Assembly (NCBI GenBank): GCA_973895155.1 | Contig: OZ316898.1 | Coordinates: forward strand, 4,823,079 to 4,887,078 | Source of the DNA: Marsupella aquatica | Lineage: Eukaryota > Plantae > Marchantiophyta | Direction: 5' to 3' | DNA: 64,000 nucleotides | Shown here: piece by piece, positions 28,384-39,834 of the stretch | How the letters are laid out: every line of letters starts with the position of its first letter | Numbering within the stretch: the first letter of the stretch is position 1 | Position numbers and translations under genes: made by a program | Notes under the pieces: model-generated | The model's input: the letters and a program-made list of their open reading frames with translations, nothing else | Databases searched by the model: none | What the model was told of the DNA's origin: nothing

Positions 28384-31300
28384 TTTTCATTAGAGCCATT
28401 TTTCATTGATTTATTCATTGATTTATCAAGGTAATAGGGTCGGGCTTGTATGAGAGGGACAGGCAAAAAGCACTTACTCTGAGCGGGAGTACCCATAACT
28501 AATCCCTTATGGCACTGGTCAATGCATATCCCCTTGCAACCAATGGCACATAAAGTCTGGTCAATGGGTGTTTTATGGGCACAACTGGTGTCCCAACTTT
28601 TCCTTATGGCCTCTATTTTGAGACGCCCTAATGAGAAAGTAGGTTTCCTCCGGCAGGTTCAAGTACACGGGTTCAAGTTCCCCAAAGAATACCATCTCCT
28701 TTGAGCAAGCATTCTATATATTGTGAGTCTTTGTAAGTTCATTCTGGTCAATCTTAGCTTCGAAGTTTTGATATACTCTTAGAATACCAATCTTAGCTTT
28801 GAACGTCATATCCACTAACCGCACCGTAAATTTTTATCATAAAGCTACACTCAAACTTCTATCTTCCATGCCTTCGATGCTTGACTTGTTCTAAAGTGTA
28901 TCTTTTGGATATTATGATGCTTTCCATTGCGGCATTGCTCTGGAGCGGTATTTTGTGACACTTCCGAACATTACCTCCCCCTGACGAGAAACAGCCGAAA
29001 TTGTAGGCTTTCAAAAAATACTCTTTCGATAGAGTTCATTAAAATAGTAATTTGTTTTACTGATCCTGAAAGTCTGTAGTCAAATTTGTTAGAGAATGAG
29101 CGTGCTGTGATTTGGAAGAATGTGGTGCGTGGGTGGGTATTAAGATTTGCATTTAAGAGGGGCGAGGGATAAAATCACAAAAATATTTTTAAAATAGGAG
29201 GGGGGAAGGTATGACCTGGGGAGGCCATGATCCTAATGCAATGTCGCCAAGGTCACCATATTGCACGAGAAAGGTATATCATAAATATGGTATGACATAC
29301 GATGACGTAGTATACAGCACTCCACAGGGAATTATTATCATGATAATTTTCTTGCTTCCAAATACCACACAACTTAGGAACAGGTCAAAACAATGCAGGC
29401 ATTCTTGCTTTCCATTGCTGAGTTTTGTTCTTTCCTGCCCAAGCTCCTATTAATACACAGTGGAGCGCGACAAAGTGTCCAAGATTTCCCTATTTTTTCC
29501 ACATTCCACTCATTCTCTCTTCTTGGATGCAAGTACGTACCAAAATTTCAGAAAAGGTTAATTTTAATGGTGAACCTGGTGGGTGCTAGTTGGCAGTTTA
29601 AGAAGTGTAAACCTTCAAGGTTAAAAAATTAATCAGTAAAAATAAATGCAAAGAAAAAAATACACAAAGTTTGAAAGATGAGACTCACTGGATATTTGAC
29701 ATTGTGTTTTGAATGGCGAGTGGTGAAGTGAATTGGAATTGTCATTGGATAATGAATTTGTTTGGAGTGGTGTAACATGTCCAGACTCATGGTCTACAAT
29801 GGATCAAAATGATGTTAGATCTAGGTCAAACTAATGAGCCCTGTAAACGAAGATATAAACAAATATACTTACAAATTAAGTGATTTAAACTAAATATGTC
29901 TTGGTTTATGTTTTGCTTGGATAGCTAGCTAATATATATTTAACGCATGGTATCAAAATGGAAAGCTACACATCAATAACATTATTGGTGCTGTCACATT
30001 GATGGCCTGAATACATGTCATGGGCCCCAAGAGTGTCGCACTGCTATAATAACAACTAATATCACCTTTCTAGTGCCAGAACAGTGATTCTTCCATCCAT
30101 CCCTCCATCCAGGAAAATCTGAACCTTTACTAAAAATCATCCATGCACAGCCATATTTATTGGGAATCTGTGTTATTCGCATTTATCACCCACCGGACAA
30201 TTTAGTGACGTGACCAAACAGGACGGATGTGGGTGTGCAGGCCAGTTATGAGTGTCAGCTATATTGAGGGAGGTATTCAGGGGACATAAATGTCTACTAA
30301 AGATGGTGCAGATGTGCATGTGCGGTCCCCATAATGGTGGAGCTTTTCGAATGTTTCTCATTTCCAAAAATATGTAGCTGTTTTCCATCCGTCCCTCCAC
30401 CCAAACATTCCCCTTAGCTGTTCTCCATCCGTGTTTCACATCCCTTGCTTTCGCATACCCTTCTTTGTTTGACAATTACTATCCCCTCCTTTCACCATAA
30501 TTGTCCTCTCAAGTTAAGGTTTAGAACATCTCCAGATTTCCCAGTGAAAGTGTTAGAATCTTTAATTGGCTCAACAAATTTACTTGGTGAGTCCCATTGT
30601 AGCTTACCATGGTCAGGGTTGCTTGTCTAGTTGCAATGATCAACCATCCTTGGTGTATTCACAATATGCATGGTTGACAAAATCCATGTCTTGGTAACGT
30701 TTGTTATAGTCTGCATGGTAGGACCTTTGTTCAGAGTGACCAAACTGAGGGGAAATTTCCCCCCTTGTTTGCTCCCATTCATTGGTCTCCAGCCTTAGGG
30801 ATCCTGTTGTCCGGTTAGGTGATATTTGTTCTTTGGCTGATTGATATAAATCACAAGGCAAGATTTTAGAACTTGCATGTCCTGCTTGATTTAGAGCGGT
30901 GTTTTTTAGAATGATCACTATGGCTTGCTGGTGATCGATTGGTTACTACTCTTGTGATTTGTCCCTGGCTTGTGTCCGTAAGAATGTCAATAAGAATATG
31001 GGTGACAAAATCATTGGTGGAGCCTTACCAAGGCCACTTAGAACTTGCCTGGAGAACTCACTTGGTGAATAGTGGAGCCTAGAGGTTGCACAAATTCTTT
31101 TTGGTGGTAGATTTCCTTGGTTACTTCAGGATCAGAAACTTTATGGGGACTTAGGAGGGGGTGTCAGAAGTTTTTGTGGACTCTGTGTTTCTGATGCTAT
31201 ATGTGGACAGTGGCTTTGCTTTGAATTTAGCTTCTTGAATGATCCCAAACATAAGTTGGTATTTGTATTTGAACTCCCAAGGTTCAAACTTTGGGACTTT

Positions 31301-31732
31301 CGGCTCTCAGGGGTTCTTGTCTGCTTCAAGTGCAGCTTGAGGAGTTAAGTACACCCTAATCTGAAACAAACTACATTCCACAATTACAAACAATGCAGGT
31401 AACCACACCATTCTGGTAGCTAAGGTGTCTACCCTTGTTAGATGAATGATATGAGGATGTGATTGCTGCAGCAGAGTATTTGCACCCCAGCACTTGAGTC
31501 CATTAGAAATTAACTGGTCTTGCCCAGGGGACATTTCACTTGAGGACCCATTTTGCCATTAAATCCACTAATCAGAGTACCTAAAAGTTTAAACCGCAGC
31601 CTCATATTGAAATGAAGATCTCCAAGTTCACACAAGTAAGTTGAGCTGTCTATGTGTTTCCAATTCTTTGGATTTCCAATTTGATATAGATTATTGAATC
31701 ATGATCTCCATATTCTAGTTGGTCATTGATTG

Positions 31733-31908
31733 TGTCGTGACATATAGTATTGTAGCCATAGTGTATCAAAAACATACAAGTCACCGGCAAGGCATATGTG
31801 CAAGCTGCTAGCAACCAACATGCATAGAAAAAGTCCAATCACATTCACAAGTGCCAAGAAAAAGCAAATGAAGTGGTATGTACGTAGTGGAGATGTAAAC
31901 CTCTGTAT
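31733..31908 (-). repeat. Split direct repeat unit A (176 bp), 3' terminal copy
   Basis: Direct repeat of 32270-32445 (offset 537). Ends the element in ...CACGACA. Confidence 0.97.
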
Positions 31909-32267
31909 ATAAAAGGCGTAAGAGAAACAATTGTACTGAAATCAAATCGAAAACCGGCAGGATGCCAAGATCGGCCGGGAGCATCTAACGAATCACTGTG
32001 TGAATCCCGTGTACGGAACCGACGAGCACTGTCTGAGCTCTGTCAACAGCGATTCAAGAAGAACTGAAAAATCCACAAAGAAAGACATGCCCTAAGCAAG
32101 CAAAGTCCTGGCGTCACACTAACAAGCACATTTGCTTCAAGAACGGCCCAGACTTGCTACAAGAACATGTCGCTAACTCAGGTAGTACACTAGCCCTAAC
32201 TACATACCTAGCGGGCAGACGAGGGACATGTCGATGTGCATAAGAGGCACTGTCCCTCGGCATGACA
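31909..32267 (-). repeat. Split direct repeat unit B (359 bp), second copy
   Basis: Direct repeat of 41149-41507 (offset 9240). Confidence 0.97.
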
Positions 32268-32269
32268 GC

Positions 32270-32445
32270 TGTCGTGACATATAGTATCGTAGCCATAGTG
32301 TATCAAAAACATACAAGTCACCGGCAAGGCATATGTGCAAGCTGCTAGCAACCAACATGCATAGAAAAAGTCCAATCACATTCACAAGTGCCAAGAAAAA
32401 GCAAATGAAGTGGTATGTACGTAGTGGAGGTGTAAACCTCTGTAT
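32270..32445 (-). repeat. Split direct repeat unit A (176 bp), inner copy
   Basis: Matches 31733-31908 with 2 substitutions. Separated from B by the dinucleotide GC (32268-32269). Confidence 0.97.
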
Positions 32446-32452
32446 CCCCCCC
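32446..32452 (-). promoter_or_regulatory. Polypurine tract (G7) for plus-strand priming
   Basis: GGGGGGG on the minus strand immediately abutting the inner A repeat, ~30 nt after the polyprotein stop. Confidence 0.7.
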
Positions 32453-32494
32453 AGACCACAGCCAAAAGGAGGGCTGAAGAAAATTCAGGTAGCA

Positions 32495-32645
32495 CGTGGA
32501 GCACAAGAAGGGCAAAACCATAACCCTTGTGGCACCTGGGTAAGTTCAGGCCGAAGGCAGAAACGATGGTACCCTCCATTGCAATTGTCACACAACAGCA
32601 TCTGGTCAGCATCATCAATTCGCAAACACACCTTGCAAGGGTAGT
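32495..32645 (-). other. PHD finger at the C-terminus of integrase
   Basis: DYPCKVCLRIDDADQMLLCDNCNGGYHRFCLRPELTQVPQGLWFCPSC is a C4HC3 finger with the hallmark W before the last Cys pair. It is in frame with integrase across the TAG at 32887. Confidence 0.95.
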
Positions 32646-32886
32646 CCACAGGTGGAATCCAAGTAGAAGTCACAATGGTGGGATCTAGGTTAGGCAGATG
32701 ACAAGGGGCGCAGTTCTTGGCATTGTCAGCAATTGTGCGCCCATCTGCCCCTTGTAACTCTAGCACTCCAGACGGTTGAATAGCTTTAACCCTGAGAATA
32801 GTACGACTGGTAGAGGTGTCCAGGGTGTCGTTAGCTTGCCGCTGCAAGTACACAAAATCTCCCACATCAAACTTCCTGACCTTGGG

Positions 32887-33825
32887 CTAAAAAGTGCCAC
32901 CTCGTGTGTGTGCATAACGCAGTGTGTCCCTGTGCTGTGCAATGGTCAAATTCTCCATGGCCATGGGCATAACCCTCCTGAATAGGGCAGCCCTCTCAGA
33001 GATCACATCAGACCAAGTCACAGCTGAATCCAAGTCCACCACCTGAAGCATGTGAGCAGCAATAGCAGAAGGTGGAACTGGGTGACGACCAAACAACAAG
33101 AAGTAGGGAGAAAAGTTAAATAGTGATGCATGTCTGGACATCCTATACCCCATGGCAATGTAGGGTAAGGCCAGGTCCCAATCCTCCTTGTTTTTGGTGA
33201 GGCACATCTTCCGGAGACCCTTCTTGCATGTCTGAACCATGCGCTCTGCCAAGCCATCTGCTTGTGGGTGATCTCGTGATGTCCGGCGATGATCAATGAG
33301 GGCCTGATCAAGCAGCTCCTGGAACTCTCCTCTAAACTCTGAGCCCTGGTCAGTGAGACATTCTGCACAAGCTCCAAAGCGGCTGAGAACTTGTTGCAGG
33401 AATGCCTGGCTGGTGCTACGGGAGGTCTTATCCGGCAATGCCACAAGTTCTATCCACTTGGAGAAATGCTCTATCATGATCATGATGTAGAGATTACCCC
33501 GAGATGTGAGGGGTAATTCTCCAGCCAAATCACATGACCAGCGATAAAACATGCCCTGAATAGGGAGTGGATGAAGTGTGGGTTGCCGAGATGTGAAAGA
33601 AGTCCTCACCCTATCACACTGTTCACACCGGGCAATAACATCTCGAACCTGGCCATGCATGCCTCTCCAATGATAATGAGGGACCAAGAGGCTGTAAGTC
33701 CTCTTAACGCCAAAATGACCAAGCTCAGAATGTACCTTACGGATAAGGCCAACCCTCTCATGAATGGGTGGAACCACCACTTCCCTGTCTGGCAAGCAGC
33801 GCACAAGATGATCTCCCTTCCACAA
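32887..33825 (-). other. DDE integrase with HHCC zinc-binding N-domain
   Basis: HSELGHFG...CEQC; WSCDLAG (D), LTDQGSEF (D), DGLAERMVQT (E); SPYFLLFGR (GPY/F-like). Confidence 0.95.
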
Positions 33826-33989
33826 GTAGCGCTTGGACCTTTGCTGAATTCAGTCTCTCTGGGCAGCAGTAACATGTGTGGGGTACTCCCCATGCTGCAG
33901 AAATCTCAGAGTGTCGTTGTCCTCCCATATGTCCACCACAGGTTGGTCAACAACATAGCATGGCAGCAAAGCAAGATAAGTCGATGCAT

Positions 33990-35463
33990 GAAATGTAGGC
34001 AGGATGGAAACCTGGTCAAAATCTTGCCGTGCATCTGAGGAATCATCAGAGGTAATCAAAGGGCTGCGGGACATAGTGTCAGCATTCTGATGTGTCACAC
34101 TAGGCCTATGAATTACCTCAAAATCATACTCCTGGAGTATGAGCGCCCAACGAGCAAGCTTGCCAGTAAGCTTGTCGTTGGTCATCAACCACTTCAAGGG
34201 CTGGTGGTCGGTGTAGAGAACAAACCTGGTCCCATAGAGGTAGGGCCTGTAATGTATGACAGCCCACACAACAGCAAGGCATTCACCCTCATAAGAAGAA
34301 TAATGACTCTTTGCCTGATTGTTGCTCCTGGATGCAAGGGCAATGACGTACTCTTTACCTTCCTCATCATGCTGGCCCAGAATGGCACCAATCCCAAGGG
34401 CACTCCAATCTCTGTGTAGCACACAGACCTTGCTGAAATCAGGTCTTCTCAGCACCGGGTATTCTGAGAGCTTCTCCTTCAAAGTGACAAATGCTGCCTC
34501 AGCATCTGTACTCCATGTCCAAGTCACATTCTTTTTCAACAAAGCATACAATGGGTGTGCAATGGTACTGAAATCTTTGATGTAGATCCGGTAGTAATTG
34601 CACAACCCAATAAAACTCCTCAAAGTGTGAACATCGGTAGGAATGGGCATTTCCAAGATGGATACCACCTTGGCCCAGTGAGCCATGGTTCCATTTGGAA
34701 GAATGCGATGCCCAAGATATACTACTGATCTGACAGCAAATTCACACTTCTTGGGGTGTATCTTTAGGTTCACCTTCTTAAGCCTCATGAATAGCTCCTC
34801 AAGGTCAAGTAGATGCTGGTCAAATCCTTTGCTATGGACCAACACATCATCAATGTAGCATTTCAGAAACTCAGCACCTTGAAGAACCTGATCCATGACT
34901 CTTTGAAAGAATATGGGCGCATTCTTCAAGCCAAATGGCATCACCAACCACTCCCATAGTTGGTTACTACCATGGAAAGCTGTTTTCTTGCGGTCCTTTG
35001 CAAGCAGCAAAATCTGGTTAAAGCCTTGCCTTAGATCCACAAGAGTGAAGATGTATGAGTCTCCAATGCTGTCAAATAGCTCCTCTGGCCGTGGCATGGG
35101 GTACCTGTCCTGGGGTGTGACCAGGTTCAGTGGCCTGTAGTCCTCACACATGCGCTTCTCTGTCCACAATCCACTGGAATCCTTCTTTGCTGGCATCACT
35201 GTAGCTGCTGCAAAATCTGATGTAGATGGCTGAATAAGACCAGCTTCATAGAGCTCTTGGCATCTCTCATCCACCAGCTGCCACTCATGCTTACTCAAAC
35301 GGTGTCTCCGCCTGAAGATAGGTGTTTCATCAGCCAACTCAATGGAGAACTGCATAGTCTTGCACTTACCCAAGTCCTTCATAGAGAAAGCAAACACATT
35401 CTCATGCTTGAGGAGCAAATTCAGCAGTTGGTCCTTCTGTCTTTTACTCAGGTGGTTGCCCAT
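33990..35463 (-). other. Reverse transcriptase and RNase H domains
   Basis: RT: KRMCEDYRPLN, DLRQGFNQI, VMPFGLKNAP, CYIDDVLVHS, YLGH. RNase H: DWSALGIGAIL, YSSYEGECLAV, YTDHQPL, HQNADTMSR. Confidence 0.96.
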
Positions 35464-35819
35464 GATGAATGTGTAGTTGGCACACTAGGAATAGGACCTG
35501 ATGTACTCGTGCTTGAAGAGCCAGAAGTGCCAGCCTCTCCACTGTCCAAGCTGCTAGCATGCTGCTGATAAGGTGATGAGGCCTCTCCAAGGCCTGCTGT
35601 ATCTGTTGCTCTGGTCTGATCCACACCATGAAACTCAGAAATAATGTCAGCCACATTACAAGGGACCTCCTCCCCCCCAACACTTGGACTGAAGTGGTGA
35701 GTGTTGGACAGAGGTAAGTGCACCTGGTCTGGATGCCATGTAGCAGCACCATGGAGTGGTAGGGCTGGCACTCCTGATGCTGGATGAATGTACATCTGAA
35801 AAAGGATGCAAGTGACCAG

Positions 35820-36740
35820 AAGCCAAGTGAGAGCATTAAGATCCATTACCTTGCCAAGTAAAGCAATCCTGGCCAGCCTGGTGATTTTGGTGTGACCTGT
35901 AGTACCGGGTTGGAAGCCCATAGCCCGTTCTCTCTCCTCAGGACTAGGTTCATCCCATGTACCGGTAGAATGTCGATAAACCAGGCCAGGACCATCACCC
36001 TGAAAAGCATGTGCACCTAGAAAGGACACAAAAGTAGGCCAAGCAGCACGGGGCTGTCCAATGGTATTAGCTGGATACCAAGGTGCTGGCTCTTGCCGTG
36101 TAACCGGTTGGCAAGAACTGTCAGGATCCAAAATCTGGTCCACTGTGAGGTTAGTGTCTCTGGATGTGTGGTGAAGAGCTAACTCCAACAAGGAAGGTGG
36201 TGCAAGGTTAGTCCAAAAGTTACGAAGACGATGTGCATAAGAACCACAGTGCACTGCATCAATGAGAAGGGGTGGTCCCAAGTAGTGCTGGACCACATTG
36301 AAATCCTCTTTGACCTGGAGATGGAGTATTCTCAATGATATAACCAACAGCAGGATAAAGGAATTGAGCCCAGGTGAGAATCTGAACCAATGCTGTGAAA
36401 AGGCCAGAACGAGAATCATGCAGTCTAGCACCGTGACCAGCAGCTGAAAACCCTTGGCATTCCCAACCAGCTATGATCAAATCAAGGGAGCCAAGAAGGG
36501 TTAAGTGCCGGTGCTGGACAAGCTGGATGTCTGGAGGGAAGAAAGAAAATGCGGACTTCCATGCACTATGTGGAAACTGCTGGGGAAATCGCTCAGAAAA
36601 TTCCAGCAGACGGGATTCAGCCACTTGCCTTGCACTTGGATCAATGTCCACGTAGATGTACTGCTTCACCACCATGCCAGACTGTAGGAGAGCTTCCAGG
36701 CCTGTAGAAATGCCACCAAAAAGCTCAAGCAATGTAAGGC
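35820..36740 (-). other. C5 cytosine DNA methyltransferase domain (DNMT3-like, non-permuted motif order)
   Basis: Motif I LLELFGGISTG, II YIYVDID, IV IIAGWECQGFS (catalytic Cys at 36457-36459), V DSRSGLF, VI YIIENT. After the frameshift: VIII SYAHRLRNFWTNL, IX PEERERAMGF, X ARIALLGKVMD. Confidence 0.9.
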
Positions 36741-37079
36741 CATCTGAAGGAGGAGTCCATTTAACTGGTGCGCTCAAGATTGGGGCTATTGGCTGTCCAT
36801 TGTGCTGCCCAAGGTCTTCAAACTTGCGCAATGCAGCCACCAAAGGTCCATGGGCTGCTTGGAGCCGTTGTACCACCTCTGGTTGATGATCCATGTTGCT
36901 GGAAAGTGCTGCTATACGTGCAGCAGCATGTGCAGCAGCCACCTCATCGTCATCCTCCTCAATCCAATCTTGCAATGGGTGGTTGACATAGGTAGCTGTG
37001 TGCACTGCTTTCAACACATAGTGGTGAGCCATAGGTGTATGGGCACCATGCAAATCAAGTGGAATGTAGCCCAAGTGTG

Positions 37080-37460
37080 AGCCATCCGTATGCCAATCAA
37101 CTCTGTAGTATGCATGCTCATGCCAATTGTCAATGGTAAAACCTGGTGGGAACAAAGCCTCCTGGCCAATGAGCACATCATACGTAGTGGCATTGGTAAC
37201 CAAACATCTGACTGGGAAATGCAATTCCTGATCTGTACCTCCATTAAAAGTGAGAGTGAGTAAAGTAGAACTCTCACCCAGCACATCCTCCACAGTGCCA
37301 CTAGCAGTCTGAATGTGCCACCTGGATTGCTGTAAATGATCAGTCAACAGTCCCATCTTCTTGGCAAACTGAATGCCCAATATCACTGGTTGAGCACCTG
37401 TGTCTAGCATGACCACCTGAGGAGTGTGACCCTCCAACTTGACCACTGAATTCCTGTTGT
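37080..37460 (-). other. Retropepsin aspartic protease domain
   Basis: VMLDTGAQPVILG catalytic motif (D at ~37403), flap IQTASG, and YDVLIG closing motif. Confidence 0.88.
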
Positions 37461-38579
37461 CAACAATGGCAATGGTGGTGGAAACTGAAGTCCTATCACT
37501 AGGCACCACTCTCGGCAAATGATGAGGTACCTTGTGAAGGGAGTTAGTATCCATGGTCTTTCCACTCAACAACATAGCCAGGAAAGATGGAGCAGCATGA
37601 CCAGAATCAAGTGTAGCTCTGGTCACACAATCAGCAGCAATCGGTACTGGGGCAACCAAACCAGTGGAAACATGTAATGGAGAAGAAGAAGGTCCACTAT
37701 GTACATGAGATTGGACCTCCAAAACCGGTGTCACAGGGGCTGATGAAGAATGCAGTGAACCCTCTAGCGCTCTGATGACAGCTCTAGCATCCAGCTGTAA
37801 ATCATGGCAACTGAAAAGTGGAGTTGTAAGAATCCTTTGTGCCATACCGGAGGTGAAATGATCAAGCAGCTCAGGAGAAACAACTCCTTGTGAAATGTTA
37901 GCAGCACCTGGTGGTGGAATGGATGTAGTTGTAGCTCCCTCCCCCCTCGCCAACAAGGTGCGCTCTTCAGCAAGTGTGAGTGGCTGAAAAGATTTGGGCA
38001 GGACAGCCCGAGCTCCCCTAGCTCTAGTCATAGGACCAGCAGCAAGACCATCAACCTGTACAATGCGGCGTGTGGGAGCAATACGGGAGGCAGCACTGGC
38101 CTGCTGGTAAGCAAAATAGGAAGGGCAGAATGAATCTGAAAATTCTGCTGTAAGGCCAGGCTGTGTAGCAGAGGATAGCACACACTCACCCATATGAGCA
38201 TCAAATGGCAAGCCATAGAAAGAGCGGGGTATGGGTGTTGAACTGTCAGTGGTGCCTGGGCCAGGGATGGGTTGCACATGACCAACCGGTTGAGAAGGAC
38301 CAGCAGAGGCAGTTGACTTGCCTTTGATGTTGGCAAGTTGGGCACGTAGGGACTCAACCTCATGAGTCAGAGACTGGAGTTGAGTTGCCTGTGCGTTGTG
38401 AGCCTCCTTCTGAGTTGGTTGCTTCTGTTGCTGCTTGGGCGGTTTGTTGGCACTGGATGCTTTGCCACTGGAAGGAGGAGCAGTTGATGCAGTAGGAGCC
38501 CTCCTAGCTGGTGGGGGAGTGGAAGCAGGAGCAGGAGGAGGGGCCTGCTGTCGTAGCTGCTTCCTCTCTGGGAATTTGG

Positions 38580-39834
38580 CAAAACAAACTGCCTCCAAGT
38601 GACCCACCTTTCCGCAAAAATCACAAGACAGGTCCTCAGCAACAATATCACAGTCATTAGCCTTGTGATTGGGGTTACCACAGTAGTTGCAAGATGGCAG
38701 CATGAAAGCAGCATGGGCTGGCTTGGTCTTGGAACCATACTGTGGCACACGGGAAGGAGTGGTCAGTGTAGGGGCAGCAGCCTGGTACCTGGATCGCGGT
38801 GGACGTGCAATACTGGCCTCATAATGTGCATGGGCCAACTCAAGTTTCTCAGCAGTGTCATAGATATTGAGCAGGGTGTAGCTATCTCCAAACTCTGAGA
38901 ATACTTGCTGCAACACTTGCGAATGGAGAGCTGGTGTCCCCTCCAATGCGCGAAGATAGCGATGAGCAGTTTCCAGATCAGTGATGCTCTGGGTGTCCTC
39001 CTTCAGCTTGAGAAGCCGGCGATACATCATCTTCAATGTTTCATCGCGCTGCCTCACAAAGGTGGCCAACTGCATGATTTTATCAGCACTCTTGATTGGG
39101 AATTCCAATTCAAGAACCTGGAAAAACTCAGCCACTGGATCAGCAAAGGTAGGGGAATCAATGGTCGGAGAAATGCCTGATGTAGCCTGTGCCAAGACAG
39201 TGGGAGTAACTGGCGCAGTGGTGGAAACTAAAGTAGGAGGGGAAGTGGCAGGAGCAGCAGCATGGGCTGCAATGGCATTCTGTAAGGCCAATTGTGAGGC
39301 TGCCGTAATTGCACTGGCATAGGTAGGGTTAGGCAACTGTGTGACAGCAAGCAGCCGTTGAGAGTGCTGCTCATACACATCCAACGCCTCATGGTGCACA
39401 TACCTGGCTAGCTACTTAAATGCAAAAGCATTTGTGAAATTGCTGCCATACTTCAACTCCAATTCATAAACGACAGTGTAGAAAGTGGATTTGAACTCAC
39501 GTAAAGAGACAGTGCCTGGCCGCCCGCTGAAGCGCTCAATGCGGCCAGATGAGTGGCTAGCATCCATGCTGTATGTCGGTGAAGCTGGAACAACCACTGA
39601 TGCAGAAGGGGTAAATGGCAATGAAGTGATAGCAGGCTTTGAAGTAGTGGTGAAGCGACCGCCAAATGTAGCAGAAGGATTGCGTGGTGTGGGTGCTGCT
39701 GCTGCTGTCTGCTGATGTCGTCAAAATTGCCGAGGCTCCAATGAAATTGGCACCAATGGTCGTGGATCACTCCGTAAATGGTACCTGGATGTTGGTGGCG
39801 ATGTGCTACTACCTCCTGGCTCCTCTGCTGACAT
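38580..39834 (-). other. Gag region with two CCHC zinc knuckles
   Basis: CNYCGNPNHKANDC and CDFCGKVGHLEAVC (CX2CX4HX4C). Upstream capsid-like helical region (ERFSG...FVRQRDETLKMMYRRL). Confidence 0.85.

Larger units (their letters stand above)
32485..39834 (-). pseudogene. Gag-Pol polyprotein (Gag-PR-DNMT-RT-RNaseH-IN-PHD), disrupted
   Basis: The ORF pieces 39721-39915, 39412-39621, 36259-39399, 33850-35463, 32887-33825 and 32485-32865 all share one frame. In-frame stops lie at 39721 (TGA), 39412 (TAG), 33850 (TGA) and 32887 (TAG). The segment ~36315-35470 (C-half of DNMT) is shifted by two compensating frameshifts. Likely ATG at 39834 (MSAEEPGG). Confidence 0.9.

Noticed and set aside
35465-36320. 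Programmed frameshifting or splicing controlling MTase expression
   Set aside because: The first shift falls inside the MTase between motifs VI and VIII, and I see no slippery heptamer at either shift. Since the copy also has four stops, mutation is more parsimonious. Other copies would settle it.
35820-36740. Bacterial restriction-modification gene, contamination, or host DRM gene
   Set aside because: The MTase is intronless, embedded in the Pol frame between PR and RT, and has no partner nuclease. The motif order is not permuted as in DRM. The flanks are spliced plant genes.
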